A DNA stretch of 58,600 nt, the filler included, from Sphacelaria rigidula (taxonomy: Eukaryota): the NCBI GenBank assembly GCA_964200075.2. It is 9 parts of 9 records of this genome, joined end to end, with 100 filler letters (N's around TTAATTAATTAA, not from the genome) between each part and the next. Parts side by side here need not be neighbours in the genome. Positions count along the whole stretch, not along the records: positions 45,657 to 52,078 come from CAXNAA020020170.1; positions 52,179 to 58,600 come from CAXNAA020020171.1; 7 more parts are not named here. The stretch is one strand, 5' to 3'. Shown here in pieces: positions 49,639 to 58,600 of this stretch. The notes below the pieces were generated by a model that did not search any database, had not been told where the DNA came from, and worked only from the letters and a program-made list of their open reading frames with translations. Position 1 is the first letter of the stretch; every line of letters begins with the position of its first letter. The translations under genes and the position numbers were made by a program.

Positions 49639-50300
49639 TGGTGCAACCATTTGATCGATTGTCGTACATTAACCTTGACCGAGGGACCCAGCCGTAGCCA
49701 CAAGATGGCAGGATAAACGTGTACGGGAGGAAAACAAGACGGTAACGCTCGCTGAAAAAATTAGATGGGAGAAGCCCGAGGAAATAATGCCGAAGAGCAG
49801 GTAGGTATAAACCAACGCACAACCGGGGGACACCGGAACACCATCGACCAAGGGCGAAATCAACAGCCGATGCTCGTAAAGGACAGGGGTGCGTAAGTTT
49901 CCATGTTAACCCAGCTTCCCCCACTCGTCCCTCGTATACAACGCGGGGCATCCTCTCCTGGCTATTTCCGTTCTAGATTCCTCGCGAGCTGTTGCCGTTG
50001 TTGTTGTATCAGCGATGGCAACTCTTCAATTGGCAGCTCTTGACGCAGCAGTATCTCGATCGCATGTGGAGGAGGTCCGATTTGCATTTGTCTTCGCGTC
50101 GCCACGTGTAGTCGAATTCTTCCGCCCCCTCTCGACTCCAGGATGTCATTTGCCCACGTTCTTCGCTGCAGTGTCCCAATTGTGTGCGTCTTTGACCTCC
50201 ACACCGTAGGCGAACCATTGTTTCCGTAGAGCTTCATTGCGTAGAAGAGCCCCTAGTAGTGCACGTAGGTTATCCTCCTGGAGGTTGTTGCCCCTACAGT
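49639..50300 (-). pseudogene. RTE LINE ORF C-terminus plus 3' UTR remnant
   Basis: LQEDNLRALLGA...WFAYGVEVKDAHNWDTAAKNVGK*...EGAEEFDYTWR resembles the Trp-rich RTE C-terminus. It ends in the ACGGCTGG...CAATC tail. Confidence 0.65.
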
Positions 50301-51119
50301 GTTTGGAGGGGGGGGGGGGGGGGGGGGGTGACGAACCTCCGAGAGCCGTTGTGCGGCTTGCTATGCGAGCTGATGCGTTTGGAAAGACGTCATTCGTCTT
50401 GGTGGACACAGGCGTCCGCGAACCAGCGTTGACGCTCGCTGATGGTCGTCTCGATAAATTTGCAGTCAGTTGATCATCTCACGCACACCTCTGTACGAAA
50501 GAATCTTCCAGCCAGTTCGCCCCTTCCTGCGGAGTCGAACCACTCACAGCAAAAAGCTGTAGTGAGGGTAATGCGTAGACGCTTCATGTCCTCTGAACGC
50601 AGCGTCCCTGTAGCACGTCCATGCAGCATAGCTTCCACCATGTCCGCTTCATCACCCGGAATTCCAGGAAGAGAGCTGGACCTTGGGTCGATCGCAGAGT
50701 TGATAACTGTACTTTGGGAATGTACCGACGATGCGCTGACAGCACCACGAAGGCAGACAAACTTGGCCGTCTGCGTATACCGCTGACCTACGGGGCTGAT
50801 GCCCAGGGAGGTCTCTGCGGAGCTGAGTGCCGAACACAGGCGCACGGACTATGCCATCTTACTCTGCGAGGCCATCAATCCGAACTTCTGACAGGCCACC
50901 ACGTCCACAGCCATTATTCTAGCAAGCCCGTTTGGGGACCTCGAGACAACTGACCCAACAAAACCTCGTATTATATACATATGCCACACTCCGTACCGTA
51001 CCCTCTCTAGCGACACCTGTTTAAGGGGCTCAACGCCGTGATCTTATATGGTGCATCATCTAAGTGTAATGCTTCTGAGACGTTGGTTGGGCCTGTCGCA
51101 ACCGCTGTAAGATCGCGTT

Positions 51120-51645
51120 GTTCAAGGCTGCACAGAAGATGTTGAGCAACGGCGGGGACAAAACTCATCTTTGTTTGTGTCCGTGGCAGAGGTGGGACCA
51201 CGGTGCTGACTGATAATCCGTTATCATCCAGCTGTCCAGGCTCGTATGCCGTCGTGCAATATGCGGATGGCCGTGATCATCCGCAGCGGTACTCCGAACC
51301 GGGCAAGCACTTCCCACAGGAGCCTGCATTCTATCGAATCGTAGGCTTTGTGCAGGTCGATGAAGCATATGCTGTTGAGGTCACAACTCGCCCGTCCCAA
51401 CTCCTGTAGTCGGTGTACCGCGAATATCATGTCGGTGGTCGATCATTGGCGCCGGAATCTTTGGTGAGGATTCTTCCGGGAAGATCCCTGCTTCCAAGCA
51501 AAGAGTACCGAGCCTGTTGGCTACGATGTTGAGGAGAACTTTACAGGCGTGTTGCCACGAGTGAGATGCCCCTGTAGCTACCACACTCAGTCTTATCTTT
51601 TTTCTTGTGTACCACTTTGATAGCCGTGGCATCTTTCCAACCATT
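51120..51645 (-). pseudogene. RTE-clade LINE reverse transcriptase fragment
   Basis: WKDAT.IKVVHKKKDKTECGSYRGISLV, KVLLNIVANRL, STTDMIFAVHRLQELGR, CFIDLHKAYDS...LWEVLARFGVP and a degenerate QGxxLSPxLxNIF. Frameshifted. Confidence 0.92.
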
Positions 51646-52043
51646 CTTTCGACTTGACCAATGCGTAAGAACGACTCAACGTGTGACCACGGCTGGGTCC
51701 CTCAGGGATCAGTTGTGTGTGACAACCAACCATTCAATCGATCAGTCAATCCGTGCTTCCGTAGGGCTCATGGGTGAGGATCCATGCCTGAATGGTTTGG
51801 TCCCACGTACAGGCTGGCTCACTCATGAGACCCCAAAAATATTGATCGGCAAAACTTCACGCCGTTTTAAGGAGTTAGACCCTGCAATTTTGCACAACTG
51901 TGCTGTGGGTCAATACGCAACTATCGAAGATCGATCTTTTTTCTTACTTATTCAGGAGTGCCCAAAAAAAATGCGAAGCCCTATGCCGATTTTTTCAATC
52001 CTAGGTGTTTTCGGGGGGGGGGGGGGGGGGGTGTAATTAAAAA

Positions 52044-52078
<35 letters not shown>

Positions 52079-52740
52079 NNNNNNNNNNNNNNNNNNNNNN
52101 NNNNNNNNNNNNNNNNNNNNNNTTAATTAATTAANNNNNNNNNNNNNNNNNNNNNNNNNNNNNNNNNNNNNNNNNNNNGAGAAAGTACTGTTTTGGGCTC
52201 GAACCTCATTTCATTGATGGACCTCATTTTATAGAATCCTCTGTTACCTTGTAGTCGGTTGGCATTTCGTAGGACATCAAAACATGGTAATCTGATTATG
52301 TATTGTTATGCTTAATTGCTCGCCCAAGAGGGCGTGTATGTTGATCTATTCCGGTACGACTACACATGAACTGATGATCCGCTTCAAATCTAGCCGCGTT
52401 CGCCGGGTGGACGTCATCAAGGGTAAAACAAGTGATGGCTACATGGTGCCAAGAACAAAAACAAAAACTCACACGAAACCGCTCGGATAGATAAACATGG
52501 CAAAAAGTCGGGAAAACAAAACAACACCAACGGAAGAGAACAAAACTACAGAACAACAGTAGAGCCACCGAATTTGTCAACGAGATCACAAGCTCGTTTT
52601 ACCGTACGCGCCTCTTTAACGTCACAACGTCTCTGATCACTTCTTATTTCTTGTTTTGCTACTAGTTTGATCTGCGCGACACCGATGAGGAAAACGGTGC
52701 ACGGTAACTCAAAATAGTGCATACGAGGGAGTAAAAGTTC

Positions 52741-54357
52741 CACGGTTCGGACGAATCAGTGTTCATGCGGATTGACTCCCATGAATGTTGAATGCGAATC
52801 ATGTACCAGAGAGTCATCCGGTATGCATCACGGATGAGTTGTACTGTATGTTTAAGATAATACCGCACGAAGCACGGACTGGGAATGTGTACACTCCACG
52901 CAGTATCAGACGAATCAAGAGTGCAATATATGTACGAATCACACTTGCTGTATGCATCTTGGGTGGGAAACCGGTACGCTATATTCATCTACGAAGGAAT
53001 CGAAGGTAGGAAACATGTACGTACGATTCATGCTGCATGAGTGGAGATTCGACAACATGTACGCTTGATTCACCTCGTATGAATGGAAGACGGAGAACAT
53101 ATACGAATGCTTCATGCTGCACGAACGGAAATTGCGAAAGATGTACGTGTGATTCACTTCGTATGAATGGAAGGTGCAGAACGCGTGCTTATGGTTCATG
53201 CTGCACGGAATAATGGGGGAAACTAGTACGTTTGATTCACCTCGTATGAATGGAAGGTGGAGAATATGTAACTATGATTTATGCTCGCGAACTCAAGGTG
53301 GATAACATGCACATGAATCATATAATTCATGCTTTATGAATAACAGTAAACCAAATAGCCAGAAAAATCACTCTAGGCGCGTAGATGCGTGCTGTACCGT
53401 ACTGCCCGCGAATTGCAGAGTACACTGCCGGAGTTTACTCCAGCGAGCATGCGAGGACAACTCGTGATGGCGCTATGTTCTTTGCAAGTGTTCATGGTAT
53501 TGTATACAGTATACTGAGGTCAACTGCACTACAGAACATAACATGAAACCACAAAGGCTGTCAAGAGCATAGCTCGGGGGGGAAAACTGGCTAGAAAAAC
53601 CGCTCTGAGCATGCGTCTGCGTGTGTTGTACTACAATAGTTGATGTGTTACGTGTGAGTAAAAAAATGAAATCGGTTCATTTATTGTGGATTTGGTTCTT
53701 GAGGGGTTCGCGACCTGTACGCCCTCATTTGCCTACCTCACCTGCAGAAGGGCCGCGCCACCGAAGAGTCGCGCCCCATGAAATGATAGGTGGGAAACGA
53801 TATCTTCACATGATTTATATCATACGAATATAAGGTGGAGAACACGTATGCATGATTCGCGCTGCAAGAATGAAAAGTGGGACACATATACACTTGATCC
53901 ATCTTGTATGAATGGAAGTTAGGGAACATGTATCTATGATTCATGCCGCATGAATGGAAAGTGTGAAACATGTACGCTTGATTCACCTCGTATGAACAGG
54001 AGGTAGGGAACATGTACGTATGGTTCATGCTGCATGAACGGAAGTTGGGGAATATGTACGCATGATTCGCCTCGTATGAATGCAAGATGGAGAACGTGTG
54101 CCCATGATTCACGCTGAATGAATGCAAACTGCTCAACATGTACCCATTATTCACACCATACGAATAGAGGGTAGGGAACGTGCATCTTTGAGGGTGTATC
54201 GCACGGATAACGAATGGGAATCTGTACACTTCAAGCGGTGCCGTACGAATCACGAACCCAACAAATGAATAAACCACAACTTGTGTACGAATCGTATGAT
54301 TGATTTGTCCGAATGTTGAATATGAGTCGAATCACGACTTTGTTCGTCCGAACTGTG
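52741..54357. mobile_element. 1.6-kb non-autonomous TIR element with an 8-bp TSD and two 39-bp tandem arrays
   Basis: TIR CAC(G/A)GTTCGGACGAA; TSD AAAAGTTC/AAAAGCTC. Arrays of CATGTACGCTTGATTCACCTCGTATGAATGGAAGGTAGGAA-like units at ~52960-53320 and ~53790-54200. Confidence 0.85.
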
Positions 54358-54593
54358 AAAAGCTCCGGCAGCAACGAAAGAATGAAGATACGGCGTCCAC
54401 GATCTGTGCAATATTGAAATATTGATTTTCGATTTTCGATTCTAGATTTGGAGATATTCACGTTTTCTATACTGTGGCGCTGAACATGCGCTTACGCGTG
54501 AATATTATGATGATGTATGTACGCTCTTCTTGAACCCCTGTATCATATCATATCATATATCACACGTATGTACACGAACGTGTCCACGGATCT

Positions 54594-54836
54594 CACACTA
54601 GTTGCAATACAAGTTAAGCGTGTGACGTTTGCGCCGTTCATTTATTCGTCACAAACACATGACGTATAAATTACGTCACACGTCACAAGAAACGTTTCAC
54701 AGCACGTTGACGTAACGTCTCAATGGTAATATGTCACTTCACGTCACATTTGTGACGTCAAGAAAAGTATACGTCACGCTACGTCACGCCGTTGTGACGT
54801 GACGTTTGTGTCGCGTAACGATAGTGTGACGTGTAA
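54594..54836. repeat. ACGTCAC/GTGACGT-rich foldback repeat, possible MITE
   Basis: Many ACGTCAC motifs in both orientations, bounded by CACACTA...TAGTGTG. Confidence 0.45.
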
Positions 54837-56618
54837 CGATAAGTGCTCTGTTCTTTTTCACCCCGACTCGTTGGTTTGGGGCAAAACAGACTGATGCCGC
54901 GATTGGCCCCCTCAGAAAAGTGGCTTGGTTTGCGGGAGCAATATCTATATGTGAACCAAAATGACAACAGCCATTCACACCGGGCAGCTGGGGACTCTGA
55001 TGCTTCGTATGATTTTCGCCAATGTCGCCCATATGAGGCGCTCCATGCAGCGTGCAACCAGCTATCATGCGCAAAATGGACATTTTCTTCGTGAAAGTTT
55101 TGGGGCTGGTTTGTGGGGGGGCTTTCGCTGCATTACTGAACAACTGAACGTTCCTCCCATAAATCGTGTCCCAACTATGCACAGAACCCCAACTCGTGGA
55201 ATTACTGGGCGACCTTTCACCTTGAAGGGTGCCAGGATGACCACTGTCTGGAATATAAAAATGACCATCGAGTCACTCAGTCGGCGCTACCTGAATGACT
55301 TGGTGGATACAGTATAACAACTGATTCTCGAAAATTAGGTTGGACACTCAAATGAGGTGTAAATGTTGAAGACGTTTCTATACTAAAACCAAGTAGTTAG
55401 GAGTTGCACGTTTCAAGCCCACGTCCTCCACAAACGCGCAAACCTTCACGCCGTTATCAGGAGTCAGATCCTGAACCTTTGCACACATATGCTATGTGTC
55501 ATTACGCAACTTTCTATGGACGAGATGTTTTTTACTTCTTGACTTTTCACCGTTTTTCGGGGGTCCGACGGGATCCGAGTCGTTTTTCAAAGTAGTCTCC
55601 ATTCTGGGACCCCGGAAAACCGCCACTACGATTTTTTTTTCAGGTTTTCGTCAACGAGCTGTCGCCGCATATCCCAAGAAAGGGCCCCACAAATTTTCGT
55701 CGAAAAAATCGATCAACTGATGCTTGAATTTTCATGTTCACGTCAAAAAAAGCCCAAAAACGCCGTTTTGGTACAAAAATCAAGTAGCTTGCGGTTCTAC
55801 CGCGGTACGTTTAAGTTCATCGCACAAGAGCGAAAGACCTCACGCCGTTTTAAGGAGTTAGGCCCTGAAATTTTGCACAGCAATGCTATTGGTGATTACG
55901 CAAGTATGGATGAACGAGGTTTGTTTAGTCCTATTTTCTTCGCCGTTTTACGGGGGTCCGATTGGATCGATGTTTCTCCGGGAAAACTGGGACTCCCGAA
56001 AAACGGGGAAAAAAGTCAAAAAGGCGAAAAACCTGGACCTTCGAAAGTTGCGTAATGACCCATAGAACGTCTGTGGCAAAATTTCAGAGTTTAACTCCTG
56101 GAAACGGCGTGAGGTTTTACCGATGAGTGTTTTTGGGGTGATGAGCCTGAACCAGCCTGTAGGTTAGAGAGAAAAAAAACGGGAAAGGGAGAAATGTAGG
56201 CAAAGAAAAGTATGAAAATACGAGGAAGGAAGAAAAAACAGAATGACGAAGGAAAAAAAAGTAGTAAACTAGGGGAGAAAGACCATCTTCGGTATATCAT
56301 GTCTATATCCATTTTGTGTGTTTCTGGGGGGAAACCATTGAGTTGTTTTATATTTTTAGGGTTGTGTCCGTCGGTCCGGGTATTTCTTTGTCTAGCGGCG
56401 ATCCCCGGTATATGTACGGTGACAGTCTGTACATTCGTCTAGGTTTAGGTGCCTTGTTTTACTGCGCCGTTGCCACTCGACGCCAACCCAAAAAACTTGA
56501 GGTGTGTGTGTGGGGGGGGTAATGTATGTGAATGAAGCAGCATCAGCCACAACATCACAGCGCGGATAAGAAAAATACACGTGCAGCTGTGGTACGGCAT
56601 CAGTGTATCACCACTTAC

Positions 56619-56952
56619 TGGTAGTTTCCGCGCCTCCGAAGACATTCCCGGCGGCTCTGCAGCATCCTGCGCCAAGACCGTAGCAGTCCGACCTTCGGCC
56701 ACGTTGACGATTTTGGTCTCGACTTCCCCATGTTTTCCAGACGGAGGAGCACTTGGTTTTTCTGCTTGGACGCGGTGCTTGGGCGAGAGCGGACGCACCA
56801 CCCCGTTCCTCCGTGGCGAACGAGATCTTTTCGCCTTTCGTCTCATGAACTCCGCGAATCTCATGCCCCCGGTACGGTCAACACTTATTTTCTCGGGAAC
56901 TTCTTTGCCACCGTTTTTGCTGATGAACGAGCTCCCGAAGCCGGCGGCGACC
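56619..56952 (-). CDS. Probable internal exon of an unknown gene (VAAGFGSSFISKNGG...SEARKLP)
   Basis: CAACAG acceptor, GTAAGT donor (56618-56613) and a 334-nt open GC-rich frame. Possible upstream exons at ~57910-58015 and ~58228-58290 are uncertain. Confidence 0.5.
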
Positions 56953-57153
56953 CTGTTGCCGTGCATTCTACGCGTCGTGTTGTGCAGCGTCTGGACATGC
57001 TCATTCAGCCGCCGGCTTCGGGAGCTCGTTCATCAGCAAAAACGGTGGCAAAGATGTTCCCGAGAAAATAAGTGTCGATCGCATCGTGGGCATGAGGTTC
57101 GCGGAGTTCAGGAGACGAAAGGCGAAAAGATCTCGTTCGCCACGGAGGAACGG
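56803..57153. repeat. 146-bp inverted duplication with a 59-nt loop
   Basis: Arms 56803-56948 and 57008-57153; 8 mismatches counted, no indels. Confidence 0.95.
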
Positions 57154-58600
57154 ATAAGTGTTGATAATTATCTTAATAACTTGTGACTATTTCCTTAGTC
57201 GGGGGCTCTGCGGTGCTCACTGGTGTGTATCTGTATCTACTCTGCTGCCCTGCATCACTTGGACCTTTCACTTTCATTGTATTTTATTTCATTCGCTCTT
57301 TACCTTCCTCTTCTTTCCCACTTTTTTTGTTTGAGGTAGGCCATTTCTTTCGGGACTTTGCTTCTGTTGATTTTTTTTTAATTTGTTACGACTTCGTCTG
57401 CTATGTCGTTTTGTTCGATTTTTCTTGGGGTTTTTTGTTCCGTTCCTTCTTTTTTCCAGGACGTGTTTCAGTGTCGTTTCTCTTGGGTACGTCTAGCATG
57501 AGACAACGGCTGGACCCCTGGGGGGTCAGTCAAAGTGCGACAATCAATCAAATCAATCAAATGGCATACCTAATTTTCAGGAATTGTGCGAAACAGTTTC
57601 ACCGAGGGGAAGTATCTTCCCCTGATAAACTCTGTAGCAGATATTAGCAGGTGCACCGAACGAGTGCGGTGTACACGCGTGTCGATGACGATATCGCCAG
57701 AGAGAGGAGCAACCAACGGCGGAGAGAAAGCCCCTCGCCCGTGTCTTTTGCACGTCCTCGTTCGGCGATTCCCAATCGCTCGAGAAACGGACATCATGTC
57801 ACCATCACATGCCGAAGTTGTCATGTGTCGGCAGGCGGGTTATTGTAACACAGCCGCGGAAACAAGATCGCGATGCCCACGGTTGTCGTCTCCTGTCTGT
57901 GGCGCTGACCAATGCAAAGATCGATTCCTCTCTGCCTCTCTGCTTGGACAAGATGTGCCTCTGTGCACAGTAGATCACGTCGTCGTAAAGCGGGGCGACG
58001 TTCCCGTCACCGCTACTGTTCTCACACACACACACATGCGAGCAAGGACAGTTGCGCCGCTTCGCTAAGATCTAATAATCGGAAGCTGGGGGATGTTGTT
58101 ACAATCGTAGATTCCATCCGACGTCTGCAAAACAAGGACAACAGTCTGCCACATCCCATTCGGGGGGAAGTATGAGAGATCAAACACTCGCGTAGACCTT
58201 CTTGGTATGCGGAGTGAAACAAAGATACCTCTGGGCGTGACTTGACTCTTGCGGGCGTGACCCATGGCATCCTCTAATCTGAGCTTTTCTGCGTACAAAC
58301 GGCCGCGTGCTCAGCAGGGTGTGCTTGTTGTGTCGGTGTTTGTCGCAGAGGTTTGTCATGTGAGACGAGAGTCATCGTAAGCTGAGGCGAGAGATGGTTG
58401 GAAACGAGGGTGTTCTATGATTACCCACCTGCGATTGCATTCGTGACCCACGCCGTGAAGCGCTGACCAGGAAGGCCTTGCCTGAGAATTGCTTTCGAGC
58501 AACGTACAGGCAGAAGTCGGCAGTACGTCAAGTCCGGGTGATTACTGAAGTTTCGTTGTTGCATGTACTCACTGCCTGTGGCATTTCGATTGTACATGCT

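Larger units (their letters stand above)
6424..52178. other. Eight artificial contig linkers (N44-TTAATTAATTAA-N44) at 6424-6523, 12947-13046, 19469-19568, 25991-26090, 32513-32612, 39035-39134, 45557-45656, 52079-52178; 10-N scaffold gaps at 42712-42721 and 43198-43207
   Basis: Identical 100-bp spacers with stops in all six frames. The intervening segments are all 6422-6423 bp, as expected for length-sorted unplaced contigs. Confidence 0.99.

Noticed and set aside
6424..52178. Regular ~6.5-kb periodicity with TTAATTAATTAA, and any gene-cluster reading across the window
   Set aside because: These are artificial linkers between size-sorted contigs. Neighbouring segments are not physically linked, so no multi-gene system can be inferred across them.
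52960..54200. CRISPR-like array
   Set aside because: The units are contiguous degenerate tandem repeats without unique spacers, inside a TIR element in eukaryotic DNA, and there are no cas genes.

Overview
This window is not one locus. It is nine unrelated, size-sorted contigs of 6422-6423 bp joined by artificial N44-TTAATTAATTAA-N44 linkers: 1-6423, 6524-12946, 13047-19468, 19569-25990, 26091-32512, 32613-39034, 39135-45556, 45657-52078 and 52179-58600. The DNA is eukaryotic and almost certainly from a brown alga, possibly a kelp (inferred from a vanadium haloperoxidase, long GT-AG introns and the transposon content). Most ORFs in the supplied track are spurious because the real genes are spliced. 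Manual splicing recovers: (i) the last five exons of a vanadium-dependent haloperoxidase with an HPSYPAGH active-site variant; (ii) a type-II-membrane-like protein with a ~700-aa Glu/Asp/Gly repeat stalk; (iii) six exons of a low-complexity unknown protein; and (iv) an exon whose 5' part is inverted-duplicated into a 146-bp hairpin. The mobile content is dense. It includes a decayed DIRS/Ngaro-type tyrosine-recombinase retrotransposon hit by three other insertions, two IS630/Tc1/mariner-related transposons with very long D-to-E spacers (~150 and 185 aa), and RTE LINE remnants. It also includes a LINE/SINE family flanked by poly(C), a tRNA-derived SINE and many MITEs. All family assignments come from motif recognition by eye; no database search was run.
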